Shown here: in pieces, positions 13,401 through 26,880 of the stretch
How positions within the stretch are numbered: position 1 is the stretch's first letter
Layout: every line of letters starts with the position of its first letter
DNA from: Phoronis australis
Lineage: Eukaryota; Animalia; Phoronida
Assembly (NCBI GenBank): GCA_002633005.1
Contig: NMRA01000323.1
Span: 141,411-205,410, forward strand
Direction of reading: 5' to 3'
Length of the DNA stretch: 64,000 nucleotides
Position numbers and translations under genes: made by a program
Notes under the pieces: model-generated
Database searches by the model: none
The model's input: the letters and a program-made list of their open reading frames with translations, nothing else
What the model was told of the DNA's origin: nothing

Positions 13401-16400
13401 TATTCATCGTGACAAATGAAATAAAATCCTCTCGTCTTAGGGATAGTGTGATAGCACTGTTAAATAGCAGCAGGGCGAATGATCACCTGGGCCTGACTCT
13501 AGTGACCTCTTGAGGAGGAGGCAGCTATTACCTTTTGTTTAAAACCTATCAGGTCACACCACATATGCTGTAGAAAGGTCTTTTCGAGAAATCAAAGTGT
13601 GCGTCTAAACCACCTGTTGCGAAAAAGAAGTGGTACAGCCTGGTGTCGCTGAGAGTCATCAGTCATTGTGATCGGCCTCCTTTTCATTTTGACAGTCTGA
13701 TTCCAGTACTAATCGTTAGGAGTAAGTGACCCAGTTTTTTTCATTGCTAAACAAAGAATCGCAGTTTTGATTCTGAAATGAAAAATATATGGCGTTGCGG
13801 CTAAAATTATAGCAAGCGACACCTGATGTCCCTGTCTATGTAGTGCTGTGTAATGTTTTGAGCGCACAACAATGGTTGTGAATCTGCTCAAATTCTCTCA
13901 ATATTTGGAGTAGCTAGTTTTGAGAGTGTCAGGTGTTTAATCAGTCATCCTTAGAAGCTGTGCGCTTTAAATTCAGCAGGTTGCTTGGACCGCAAGTGCC
14001 CTGTTCACAGCGTTTTTAGTAGTAGTAATTATGGTAACAGATTAGTCATGTGAACAGTTGCAAGTCATTTTGTTGGTAATTTGCTACAATTTCAAGTTAA
14101 ATGCCCCAAAACTAATGGTGTTTTGGTGTCATTTTTGAAGTGAGACTGCTTCCTTCAGGGGACACTTGTGTACGGAACACAAGGCCTGGGTTTATTGTTT
14201 TGTTAATTAGTTCATTGTAAGGTGTGAGAGCACTTTAATGCAATGTCCTGTATTAAAGTGACACAAATATGGAAAAGTCATTTCTGCCAGCAAAATGATC
14301 TCTAAAAGCTTGCCAGTGGTGAAAACATATCTGCCAGCACTTTTGCTTAGTAGCAAAAATACCTGTCATTTGAACGGTTGCAAGTGTGACTTTCACTGGC
14401 AGTTTCAGTTATCCCAAAAGCTGTTGGTGTTTTTGATAGCACTTTCATATCCCGACATAACTCCTTATTTCAAAGGACACACTTGGGAAGGGTGAGAGGC
14501 CATCATTAATCATCGCATTTAGCCGACAATGAACACGACAATGAACACGTTTTGACAGGAATTTTAGCTTAGAAGCAGTTCGATTCGGCTGGTGAGCAAA
14601 CAAAGTGCTGGTGATAGAGACCTCTTTGTGGACCGCCCATCTGTCTGGCTCTGACGCTAGCATTTCTGCATGCATTTTATCCAGTGAAACTGCAGTTGTT
14701 TTCGCCACTATTGTGAAAGCCTGCTGGCATTTTCACCAAAATTTGAAATTGCGTTAACGTTCAATTCTGTGATTTATGGACTCCGAAGTACTGATTTACA
14801 ACTCCATAATCTGCCCAAATCGTGTAAAAAGAAAGATCTTAAGTTGGCATGGATTTGGGTGTACTTTCCATTTTTTCTCAAATAAATTTGGTAATCACTC
14901 ATTTCATTACAAACACAATTGCCAAAAGTGCCATTTTTTGTTCTTCAAAAGCTGAGTGCTTTGCTGCAAATAGTCTTCCCCAAAATCTACATAGTACAAA
15001 CCAAGCTACTAATTGGCCCAAATTATGTTATTATTTATTTTTGATTCGAAATTTTGACTGTTAACGATTTTACATGTCTGTAATATCATAGGTGTGCTAA
15101 ATTAGTCAGGAGATGAATTGCCATGTCACAATGTTTACATGGTTGTAGTTGCTGCCATAAAAGAACGTTAAATCGACGAATCATACGCTAGGTTAGTTCC
15201 CAAAAAGTTTGTCTTCAGTTTTAAAGAAAAGAAACAAAGGGGATATTATTTTTCCTTTGTCTGCTGACCTGTTGCTATGTCCGACTGACCCTGACTTGTT
15301 CTATTTCCGTCACTTGACCATGTCGTGCCCAGGGGAGTTTGTGTGAAATTGATTTTCCACGTGAAATGTGTGTTTTTCAGTTCCTTCAGAGAAACCCAAA
15401 GTGCTTGCTGCACTGACAGACAGACAAACGGACTAGTTATTCTATTATCTAGCAAATAGTAGAAAGCTTCCTGTTTTAATTGCATTTTTCATACCAATGT
15501 TCTTAGCTTTGACCTTTGGAAATTTTGTGTTCTCATAATTAGAAAGTACCTTCTAAAAATTAAATCTTTTTGGCCTTAAAGGGATGCAGTTAGCAGAAAA
15601 ACTTTTGAGATCACCACAAGACATACTCAAACTCACAACCTCAGCAGTTGCAGTCAACTTCTTCCTAGTACTGCTGAACCTCGCACAGCAAGGAGACTTA
15701 AGTGTCGGTTATAAGTGTTTTAACTCACGGTAAAGTCATGAAATGGCAATCAATGGCAAAGTTTAGCTATTTGTAGTGCAACCACAAAAACAACAGATTT
15801 TTGCTGTTTTACAGCTCTGGTCAAAGTACTAGCTTCAAAAAGTCTATCCCATCCAGCAATAATGTCAAAAAGTGTTTTTGTCCCTGTGTCCTGCTATGTC
15901 AGTTTTAATCTGTTCTGAAGACATTTGTGTTGAGCCTTATGATTTGTGCTTTGATCACAGTTCAGAATTCATAATATGATTAAGGTCTGTCTGACACTTG
16001 TCTCATAAGTTAATGATATTAGATATCCTTTCTGTGGTTATACAAATACCGTAATTATTTGGGTTAACACTCAGCTGCTATGCTTTCTTCCCATCTCTCT
16101 AATTTCCATATTTTCACATTTAAACGGACATAGAACAGGAAAACTTGCAAAAGACACATTTTAGACAAATCATGGTGTAGAAGGTGTATCTACTTTTGGG
16201 GATGACAGCTTGAGAGCTGTTCCCTGAATATGCAAGAATTTCTAGAAAAAAATCTTCATATTCACTATTTTTGAAATACAGACAAAGTAAAAACTTTCTT
16301 CCCAATGTAGTTTTCAAATTCTCGGCCGCTAATAACATAATTGCGCATGTGCTCAAAGGAGTCGGACTGGGTGCAGCTTGAAGTTGTCATTATTTTGTTT

Positions 16401-19400
16401 AAATCAAAGGTCAAAGGTCAAATTTCTGATATAAGTGAAATGTGCTACGTCTTGCCATAGCAAATAAGGAGGCGGGCTTTGCCGTGTACCAGAAAAATCC
16501 ACAAAGTGACAAGCAATTGACAGATTTTTTGAAATTTGAAACTAAAGGGAAAATGCATGACAACTATAGAAATTCGAAATCTTTACGAGCAAACCGTAAA
16601 AGTACCTAATGAACAAGTTGACTTCTGTTTCCGTCAGTGGCAGAAAACCACTTTGAAAACTGCAATTTAGTCTGTTTTTCACTTTGTTTGCCTTATTAAT
16701 TTAAACTGCCCACTGATATTTCATATGATTCGTATTTGTTTAAATGTGCCTTTGTCTTTGTGAAAGACCATCTCATCAATTTTAGCCCCCTAAAAGCAAG
16801 CATCTTGCTTGATCAACCAATCTCAGCGCATTACCTTACCTTTGATCGTGCTGAAAAATACACATTCTCTCCTGTTCTTTACTAAATAAGATGTGGTTTT
16901 GCGCATTCTGATATTGTACTTGCATGCAAAAACATTGAAAGTTTTTGTGTAAGCAATCCATGGCCAACTCATCACATTCGCAATGTTTTTATCGGAAAAT
17001 TTAAGCTTACGTTATAAAAAGCTAGATGACACTTCTGTGCACGATCACTCCATTCACAGTAAGCCCTTAGCTACATTGTCAGTAATCCAACGATATTTGG
17101 TTTGACTCTTGTACTCAAAAAGTCAGATGTGTAAATCCCTGGGCATTAACATGACCAACCAATTGGCTATTCGCCATCTTTATAAAAATATTGTTTTTAA
17201 GCATCCGAGCTGGCTTAACATTCATTTCATTAATTTTTAAATTCCCAAGTTCAAACTTCTTGGGCAGTAACTGCTAAGAGAAAAGTAGTTTCATATTTTC
17301 AGGATGTACTGGTCTGGAAAGGCCTGGTTCAGATGAACTAAACCCTGTTGTAACCACAGGCAGTCCTCAGCTTCTGATGGCATCCCCAATACACTACATA
17401 TAATACTTGTAACCTACTTTCATAGTGGGAACTGTTACGTAATCACGACAATTCACATGGACAGTCTGACCTATTGTAACCCTAGTTAGTGGTTTTAGTC
17501 CATAGTCCTCAGTGTGCTTGCCTTGTGGTTCACCCCTGGCTTAAGTGCCATTTACACTACAAAAGTTGACACAGATCAGCTGATACCAAACCAAGGAGAT
17601 GTTTTAGCTCAAGTGTGTGTAAACAGAAGCATGTTCAACAGAGTGAGCGCCCGCTAGTGTACTCGCGAACACAAGGAACAGCTCCTGAACAGCTGTGAGC
17701 GCTCACTGTACGATCCAGTATGGTGACTCTGAAGCAGATTGTGTTGAACTTCTTAGCCGACGAGCTTAACACTAACAGTCCTTCAGGGCTAACCACAGTG
17801 ACAACTTTTGCCGTCCTTTTGTGAGGTAGAGCAATTAGCGCTCGATCATCTTGCTCAGTGTCAATTATATGTCTAAACACGAAACTGGGGCAAGGCGGAA
17901 AGGATCATCTCTACTGCGCTTGTGCAATGACCTATATATGGTTCTCTGTCTCTGCAATTCCCGCCATTTGTAAACCTGCTCCAGCCTAAAACTTCCGTCT
18001 TGCCACAGTTAATGAGTTGTGTTTGTTAACGGTCGCTTGACACGGATCAATTTGCTCTGTGTCTGTTGAACCGGGACATAAATTGTTGTCTAAACGGGAC
18101 TTAAGCGCTGCTGTGCACCACTGTTTGTTTCCAATGAGATTTGACTTCAGTGACACTTACCTTGTCACTGCTGTGTTCATACCAAGTTACAATGGTTATC
18201 CTCTTTCTTGTCTCTTTTCATCATGATTTTGATTTTATTTGTGTAAAAAATTTTATTTCATTTAAATTTTAAAACACAAAAAAATTTAATCACACAAGCC
18301 TATCTGTGGAATGATACATCACCTGGGAAATTTTCCTCTTTTTTGATTTTTTTTTCATCGATCATTTTAAGCTCTGACATATAAATACGAGAAGTTTTGT
18401 CTCTGCGAAATAACGGAAATAATTGAGGAAATGATGAATCAAATTGAACCATTTGTTCCGTGTAATTGATTAAGCGTACTTAGTTTATCTTAATTCGATC
18501 AAGTTCTGCTAATTTTGCAAAGTGGTGAGAAATTGGCATTTCATTGTTTAACTAGTGTGCCCCTTCTCTTTGTCAGGTGCTAATGATTTCCCTGTGTTGT
18601 GCTTGGTTGAATGATTGTCTAAGTCTGTTGTTGTTGCAAAAGCAAAAAAAATAAGCATTGTGGCAGATTTTGCTCCACATTATGTTAGGGCTATACTGTA
18701 ATCATCAAACATCTGACAGAATTGAATCATGAGCTGCAAATCACATAATAATGAGCAGTATAATGATGGAGATTATAGGGTCAAAAATATTAGAATCTGC
18801 ATGAGCTAAAAGGCCTATTTCTTGCTTATCTCCTTCAGCAAAGAGCATGTAATTTCCCTTCGGAAAATAAGGTACCTCTGGCTGTCACGTGCATTTCGGA
18901 AATTAAGTTCTACAGAGATAGGTGTTCACAAAAGCACGGCCACTTTTGAATAAGTGGGGGTGGGTGTAAGGCCGAACGAGGACATTTTAAAGTGAAAATT
19001 TGTGATTTTGAGAGTCTGAATATGGGTTTGGTGTTATCTCAGCAGCGTTTTTTCATTTGACGGCAGAGCAGTTGTACTTTTCGTAATCTTTTTGTGAATA
19101 TAATTGCAAATTTTAGAACAAATTGATTAGTATCACATACACAACGTATGCAGAGCTGCTTATTTATAATTTACTATTAGTTATAATGACACGGATGTAT
19201 TGCAGAATACAATGTAAAAACACAATGCATCCTCTTGGCCTTATAAGTCACCTGAATACCAATTAACACCCAAACGGTTACACACAATATCGGCAATTCC
19301 TGCAGTGCCCTAATAAAAAACTTCGTAAGAGCTTCTGGGTGCTTAGACATTTTGAGGCATGTTAGCAACACATTGAAATACTCTGCGTTACTACATCAAA

Positions 19401-20155
19401 TAGAGTATCTGACGTAAACATTGTAGTTAAGCCAATCCGCTTACTATCTAAAATAACGCATTTTTTCAAACAATGATGATATTTACTGTTCTACGTGTGG
19501 ACAGGTGCACTTCTACCTTAACTTCATTGATATGTGCGGAGGGCCATCCCTTGGTCCCCCGTCTATATACATGTCTTAACTGGGTGTTTTGGAGTGTGTT
19601 TTATTCATTCTTAGTTCCTTTTCATTTAAACGGTTGATGTTGAATATTGAAAACACGCCGTCTATTGCCTCACGGTAATTCTTCATTCATTTAGCACGCA
19701 ACATGTCCGACAAGTGACTTTCTACTCGTCAAATTTCTCCACAAAAATAAAGATTAAGAACATCGTAATCTGTTATTAGTGTGGTTTGGTCTGTGTAGAT
19801 GTCATATTGTCGGTAAATTTTCCAGTGTTTGCTGTGAAGCAATCAACCTTTGAAAAACGGAAAAATTACTGGTGTTAAAATTATTTTCGTGCGAAATAAG
19901 TAGAAAATTACTATTGGTAATGAAGGAGTGAAGGTTGCCTCTCACTTATTTTTAAATTCTCCGTCGTTACGGCTGGCAGGAAGCCAAGTTCGCTGTCAGG
20001 AGTAGCCTTCCATCATGTTGAACAGTGAAGGAAATTAACAGGATAATCAATCAATTAATCCATTTTGTAATTACCGGTATAATTTTTACGCCAAAATAGT
20101 AATGATGGTGAACTCTCACCAATTTCGAGGAAAATAGTTATCAAAAATCCATTTT

Positions 20156-21765
20156 TATGCGACATGTTTATATGTGAACGCATTATGCCGTCGTCTCCGT
20201 CCGTTGTGCATCTGTCCGGCGTCTGCTGCTCTATCTCCAAAACCCTTTGACGTACGTTCATGATGTTTTGCACGTTTCTTTCATGGATGGAACGGCATGA
20301 GCAAACTTTCAGATGGATCCGACTATTGGTGTGTTCCCTAGTGGCAATTTTTTTACGCTTACCTCTATATCTTCAAAGATCCTCAACGTATTTTCATAAA
20401 ATTTGGCATAAAGGCATCTATTAGTGAGGTGATGGTATCCTCCCGTTCTCGGATGGATTCGACATAGTTTGCTCCACAAAGTGGCCATTTTTGCTGTTTT
20501 CGAGTCCGTTTTTTGGCGTCCACCCCTCTATCAATCAAACCGCTCTAAGGATGATTGTGAAAATTGGCATGTATGTTCTTATTATGAAGAGGACGGCTGA
20601 CGATGATTTTCCGACGATTTATACTACTTTAGCACCTCCTAGTGGCAGTTTTGTTTTTTTGCTCCCATGGCTATAGCTCCTAAACTGTTTGCAGGATCTT
20701 TACTAAACAAGTGCATTTATGCGATGTTGACATGGATGACGACGACTTTCGGATGGATCTGACTACCGGTGTGCCCCTTAGTGACAACTTTAGTTTTTAA
20801 CTTTATCTTTATATCTTCAAAGGTCCTCAACGTATTTTCATAAAACGTGGCATATAGGCATCTATTAGTGAGATGACGCTATCCTCCTGTTTTCGGACAG
20901 ATTTGATGTAGTTTGCGCCACTTAGTGGCCATTTTTACTGTTGTTTGGTCTGTTTTTGGCGTTCACCCCTCTATCAACCAAACCGCTTTAAGGATGATTG
21001 TGAAAATTGGCATGTATGTTCTTACTACGAAGCTGACAATGATTTTCTGACGACTTCGACTACTGTGGGGTTGTGGGGTCTCCTATTGTTAGTTTTGTTT
21101 TTTTGCGCCCATGGCTGTAATTCTCCTAAACCGTTTGCAGGATCTTTGCTAAATTTAGCAGGTGTATTTATATGATGTTGACAATGAATGACAACAACTT
21201 TCAGACGGATCTGATTACCATTGTGCCCCCTAGTGGCAATTTAAGCTTTTTAGGTTTACCTCTGTATCTTGAAAGGTCTTCAACGGATTTTCATGAAATT
21301 TGGGATATAGGCATCTGTTGGTGAGATGATACTAACCTCCCGTTATCTGATGGAATTGAGGTACTTTGCACCACCTAGTGGCCATTTTTCCTGTTTTCGA
21401 TCAACCAAACTATGGCGCATATGTTCTCAGTGTAAAAAGGACGGTTGGCGATAACGAATTTGACTACTGTGGCACCTTGTAGTGGTAGTTTTGTTTTGTT
21501 TTGCGCCTATAGAATGAACGTTGTGCCCCATTGTGGCAATTTCATTTTTTCCATTTTCCACTGTTTCTCTGAAGTTCCTTGACAGATTTTTATGAAATTT
21601 GGTAGATAGCTTTGTATTAAAGAAGCGATGGCATGATCCCGTTTTCAGATGGATTGGCCGTTTTTGCTCCATCTAGTGGCTATTTTTATGAAACAAACAC
21701 CCCTAGGAGCACACCGTTTGCAGTGCATACGTGGGCGCATTTCAACGCTCCGCGTTGCTCTTGTT
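20156..21765 (+). mobile_element. HINE/DINE-1-like element with internal tandem core repeats
   Basis: 5' hairpin remnant plus GTCC repeats. Repeated internal subunits (cggatggatctgact...ccctagtggca...tttcataaaatttgg). 3' gtgggcgcat (inverted copy of the family's 5' atgcgcccac) then the hairpin caacgc-tcc-gcgttg. Confidence 0.8.
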
Positions 21766-21931
21766 TCATTTGTCCAGTGGCACTTAACATTAATGTCGAT
21801 GCTCACAGGTTTTTGAAAAGCTTTGTTTGGTAGCAGCTGTGGTGTATACATTGAATGCAGAAACTATTTAATTTGTTATAAGTAAGAATTAATAGTCTTC
21901 ATACATGCCATTTGTAATCAGTATTTACATA

Positions 21932-24303
21932 CCGTAATCGTTCGGGTTAACGCCCATGCTCAGTTAACCGCCCATCCCTGACTTTAAGTGGATTTTCAAT
22001 TTAACCGCCCACCTCTCGGTTAAGCGCCCATCCCCCACTTTTAAAGAATGAAGATTTAGCGCCTAGTGCTAAGGAAACGCGCGATTCCCCGACTTTTAGA
22101 AAAAGATCAACGATCACAATGAGTGCAACGACGCCGGGACTCCGAGACGGTGGTTTTGCAATCTGAATTACAATACAGGTAACGAGTTATTGTCTTGGGT
22201 CATGAACTCACTTCAAAATATAATACTTGAACCTTTTTGTCACTTTATTTTCTTCCCTTGTTTGCAAAGTTTAAGAACGCCGCCGGCGTCAAAACCTCCG
22301 CTTTCAGCGACTTTGTCTGCCGCGCTGAGTTTCCGTCTGCAGTGCACTAGATAAAACATATATTCGAAAAAATCAGGCCAGAGAAATGTGACAATGGTTT
22401 TGCCAACCCTCCAAATTCTATTAAGGTGGGAAGCTCTCGTATTTTGAACAAATCTCACAACTCACGGAAAGATGTCAAATTCTCAATATTTTGATGAATA
22501 TAACTGCCGGGTTATAGAGGATGTGGGGCGACCGAAGGGACAGTACAAGTGCCTTACTGGGTTACCGATTTCGTTGCTGCCTGTCGATTTCTGAATTCAA
22601 ACGTTGGCAATAATGTATGTTTGTGTATGATCTTGAAGTAATAAAAAACGGCTAGTCAAATTTTGTTTTTCGCTTATTGCATCTCAGTCAAACTGGTTAG
22701 CAGATTTAACTAATGTCGCTGGCTGTTCTTTACTATTTCTTGCGTCAGCCCCCACGTAAGCGTGACTGTGTGAATTATCGTTTCCACATCCCCTTTTTAG
22801 CCATCCAGAATAATTTTGTTTATACATTGGCCATTTTCAGCCTGAACAAAAATTCTTACCATTCGAGTCTGAAATATCTACGACGTAGACTGCTTGACGA
22901 TAGTGGGTAGGAGATTCACACAGCTAGTTACAGGGATGGGCTTAGGGAGCATCGAGCCGGGAAATATGGGAATAGACTTGACATCGCAGTTTTGGGGAAC
23001 ATTGGCAATGGAGGAATATCGTAAAGAACTGGGTCTTTCGTAACAACAGCTTAAAAGTACATAGTCACGCCCGTTTTTGTTACTTCGTCGGACTGTCGCT
23101 ATGTGTGACTGATTTGTAGTGGTGCACGTGCGCAAGTTCCCACACTTTGGAGTGCATGTTACCTTGACACCAACATGTGATTGACAGGTGACTCACACGT
23201 AGGCCCTACGTGCGTGCTGAATACCGCCACTATCTTTGGCCATAAAAAACGAGATGCATATTGAAAGAGGCCGTTATATTACTTGACGGCATTTCCAAGT
23301 CACGATTGTCAGCCGACTGAGACATTGCGCGATAACAGCGGGACCGAACAGTGCCGCAGTGCGATATTACAAGTGATATAAATAGGATAATCTGGACATC
23401 TTGCATGAAAAATAAATGTTTTTCCACCACGAAGTTTGGTAAGGTGATCGTTTAGAATAATGAATTGAAACATTGCTGTTTTCTGACATTTTGTAACATA
23501 TTTATGCAGTTGCTTGAAATTTTATTCTTGATCGACGACTGGCTCGACCACCCCCGATCCTTGTCTTACTTCTTTGCATAGCATGTTTGGCGCAACGGCA
23601 AGAGAGCAATGCCGGGCTGTCGAGATAAGACAGCTAGCCGCAGAACCATACGCTGAAAATGTCATTGAGTCACGGAGTGTCGACTATAACATCCCAAACA
23701 CAAAAAAAAACAGAGTTAAGTTTTTCAAACTTTTATTACAACCAATTTTAAAACTGCTCTCTGACTCAGAACTTGACAGCTACATATAGTACGAGACTGT
23801 AACCATAAATTTGATGTCTGACCTCTGCAACACGTGAAGCTTGCACGCGCGCACTTAAGCAGGGTCACATCTTGAAACAGTTTTAATTCTAGTGGAGGCT
23901 GCGTGGTGACTGGTCGTCTGCGCACCGCAGGACGGCACGGGGCTATTACTCAGCAATTTTGTAAATTTAATAGTGAATGACTAATCTGAGGGCAAGAGAA
24001 CCTTTGTTGGGATCATCCGCTGTTATGACGTTTTCACAGTCATTTGGCGACGTGACGATAAAGCTCTTTGAAAAGGGCTACGCGTTCCGAGTATGATTGT
24101 CGTGTCGGGATTTAGATCGCCAGGTAAGATTAACCGCCCAGGGCGGTTGTCTGTCGTAATAAGCGCCCATGTTCGGTTAACCGCCCATCCCCTACTTTAG
24201 GTGGATTTTCAATTTAACCGCCCACTGCTCAGTTAACCGCCCTCCCCCGATTTTTTGGATTCGCCAATTTAACCGCCCAGGGCGTTAACCCGAACGATTA
24301 CGG
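21932..24303. mobile_element. pogo/Tc1-mariner-type non-autonomous element
   Basis: TA on both sides; perfect 24-bp TIR CCGTAATCGTTCGGGTTAACGCCC; many subterminal TTAACCGCCC motifs; no transposase ORF seen. Confidence 0.85.
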
Positions 24304-24544
24304 TAGGTAACGCAGCACTGAAAAAGTGGGGGGACTAAGGCCCCTCAGCCCCCCCTGTGGTGTACCCCCTATAGACCATGTGCGCGTAACACTGAAAAAA
24401 GTGGGGCTATAGCTCCCTAGCCCCCTATGGCGCACCGCTATGAGTTTCGACAGGTGCATGGTGGTAAATGGTACCAGTGAATGTGGAGGTCAAGGCCACA
24501 ATGAAGTGTCATTGTGTAATTTCAGTGTATGATGATTTGCAATA

Positions 24545-24903
24545 CCGTATTTGCCCTAATACGCGCCCATGCCCCTATAAGCACCCCCACGCGTTTTCAG
24601 ACTTTGCTAAAATAAGCGCCCAGTCCATGAATGCTGTGTACGTGCCAAAAATGCCTTAGCTACAGTTCTAAAATTCTAAAGTAACGTCTTGTAATTCAAC
24701 AACAAAGTTTGATAGCAATGCACTGCAATTTTGTAGAAACTCTGTCATAGGTTACAGATGCGTCACAGAGCGTAAATTTGATGAATTCTACTTTACGATT
24801 TTACCTATTTCGGAGACTGGGTTTCAACGACTTTGGGCTATAATAAGTGCCCCCCCCCCCCTCCTGAAGCGAATTTTTTTATTTTTCATTAGGACGAATA
24901 CGG
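24545..24903. mobile_element. pogo-type MITE
   Basis: TA|CCGTATTTGCCCTAAT ... ATTAGGACGAATACGG|TA (16-bp TIR, 2 mismatches), with internal ataagcgccc-like motifs. Confidence 0.7.
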
Positions 24904-25044
24904 TAAGTATATAAATCAATTAAAGTTGCGTTAGGAACCGGACACACCAGGACAACTCGGTTAAATTTGAATTCTCCAGCTCTAGGCGCATGCATAGAAT
25001 TAAGAAAATATATTTGAACGTGTAATAATGCTAAGTGTAAGATC

Positions 25045-25262
25045 TTGTTGGATACATGGATCCCAGATTTGAGAACCATTTACTCCCAATGAATAACGCC
25101 TGTTATTCAGTAACTGGTAATTGTTGGATACATGGATCCTAGATTTGAGAACCATTTACTCCAAATGAATAACGCCTGTTGTTCAGTAACTGGTAATTGT
25201 TGGATACATGGGCCCAGATTTGAAAACCATTTACTCCCAGTGAATAACGCCTGTTATTCAGT
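25045..25262. repeat. 76-bp minisatellite, about 2.9 copies
   Basis: Unit starts ttgttggatacatgg at 25045, 25121 and 25197. Confidence 0.92.
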
Positions 25263-26420
25263 GGTAGTAACAGGTCCTCGAATCAATTTTAAATCAGGGA
25301 TCAACCTATCAGACTATTACCAAGTAGTAAACTAATGTATATAATGAAACTCTGCTTATCATCGTTTATTATAATCATGCTCAATGTAAATTAGTTGCTT
25401 GACCATGCATAGCAGACAATTTCTTCATCCATTCTATACCATGGGCAATTACTGAGATAACTAGGCAGGTCTGTGGTTTATTAAACTATGGACTAATCGG
25501 TGCAGTATAACTCGCATTGACCCACGACCTCTTTTGTTAACGTGAACACAATAAATAAATAAAATTTGCTATTTTTACGTGCATTTCATCAGTGTTCACT
25601 GGGGCTCCACCATTTTAGAAAACTAATGTGAAGGTCGTTGCCTGGTCCCTGACTTTATTCATTTCCTGTGCATTGTCGCATTACCAGACTTTACCGAATG
25701 CAGGTCACTAAGGAAACACGAGGGAAAAAAGGAATGAAATGGTTATATGTTTAACATGGAGAAAGGTTCAAAATCTAATTTTAAATGATTGTTTTTCATG
25801 TTGGATCCACAAACATCAACAGCTGCCGTATAACTTCGTCTCTTGCAAATTCATTTTTCCTTGCAATTTTCTACGTCAGGATTAAGTGTGTGGTGGTCAG
25901 TTTTGACAAGATTTTGAGTGGCTGTGCCAAAAAAGGAGTGGGGCGGGCTGCCCAAGTTTTTATACTCACTAAACTCAGGTGAAACACTGTAATAATTCTT
26001 CAAGGCACCCAAACATAGACATGAACAATCGGGTATATATAAGTACACAAACCTGCATTTTTAAGTGAGCAGTACAAAAATACGAGGAGACATTTTAAAA
26101 TTTTTAGTTTACCAACTTATAGATATGATTGTTTAGATCATTTTCAATTAGTTTGTACGCTCAAGTTACTGTTAGTGTGCTCAGAAATTGATCTAAACGC
26201 TAGGTTGGTGAACTAAAAATTTTAAACTGTATGATATATACACACTCGAAAGAGCAGGTTTGTGAACTCGCGTAACTGATTGTGCACGCAAATGTTTGGG
26301 TGCCTTGCTCTTATACAATATCAACACTGCTGATTTTAGTAACGCAATATTTTGCATGTATATGCACTCTCAGGTTTGGGTAAGATGCTTTCTATTAAAT
26401 ATGTTTGGATTTCTGTAATT

Positions 26421-26570
26421 GACCGGTATCAATCCTGCAGTGGACTAGAGCATCTGCACAGTTAGCAGAAAGTCATGGGTTCAAGCCCTGGTCTGGACAG
26501 AGATGTTGTCAGACTTAACTGTACGTCATGTGATGTTGTAACCAACGTGGCGTGTAAGAAGGCCTCTTAT
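26421..26570 (+). mobile_element. tRNA-derived SINE head (degenerate)
   Basis: Box A-like gcagtggactagagc and box B GGGTTCAAGCCC at Pol III spacing; no intact cloverleaf. Confidence 0.45.
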
Positions 26571-26789
26571 ATAACAATGCATTTAATCTGGTGCATCGTA
26601 TGTTTCATGGAAAAGATCATAAAATAAAGTCTCTCTTGTCAGCCATGTTGTGTCCTAAATCGGTAAGTTTTTACCATACCAGTCATTTTGGCTATTGGCA
26701 GAATTAGCCGTCCTGACGGGTAAACTGTGTTTTTGTCTGAATGCTTTTGTCATGTACCGTATGTGTTGGTTACAGGGTGAGCTGACAGG

Positions 26790-26880
26790 ATGCGACTGAA
26801 GAAGCGTGTGGGCCTGCTCTTTCTCTTCCTCTGTGGGGTGCCAGCAATGATCCTTGTCTACCTTGCTCTCGGCGCACACC
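26790..26880 (+). CDS. LARGE: LARGE coding exon 1 (cytoplasmic tail and TM anchor)
   Basis: Acceptor ttacag at 26775; in-frame upstream TGA at 26778; [30 protein letters not shown] then C|gtaagt, phase 1, matching the next exon. Confidence 0.85.

Noticed and set aside
21960-24280. TAACCGCCC motifs of the pogo-like element being complementary to the 40251-40259 docking segment
   Set aside because: They lie 16-18 kb upstream in an intron likely removed earlier; treated as coincidence.
26421-26500. tRNA gene
   Set aside because: Box A/B-like motifs are present but I cannot fold acceptor and anticodon stems; a SINE head is more likely.
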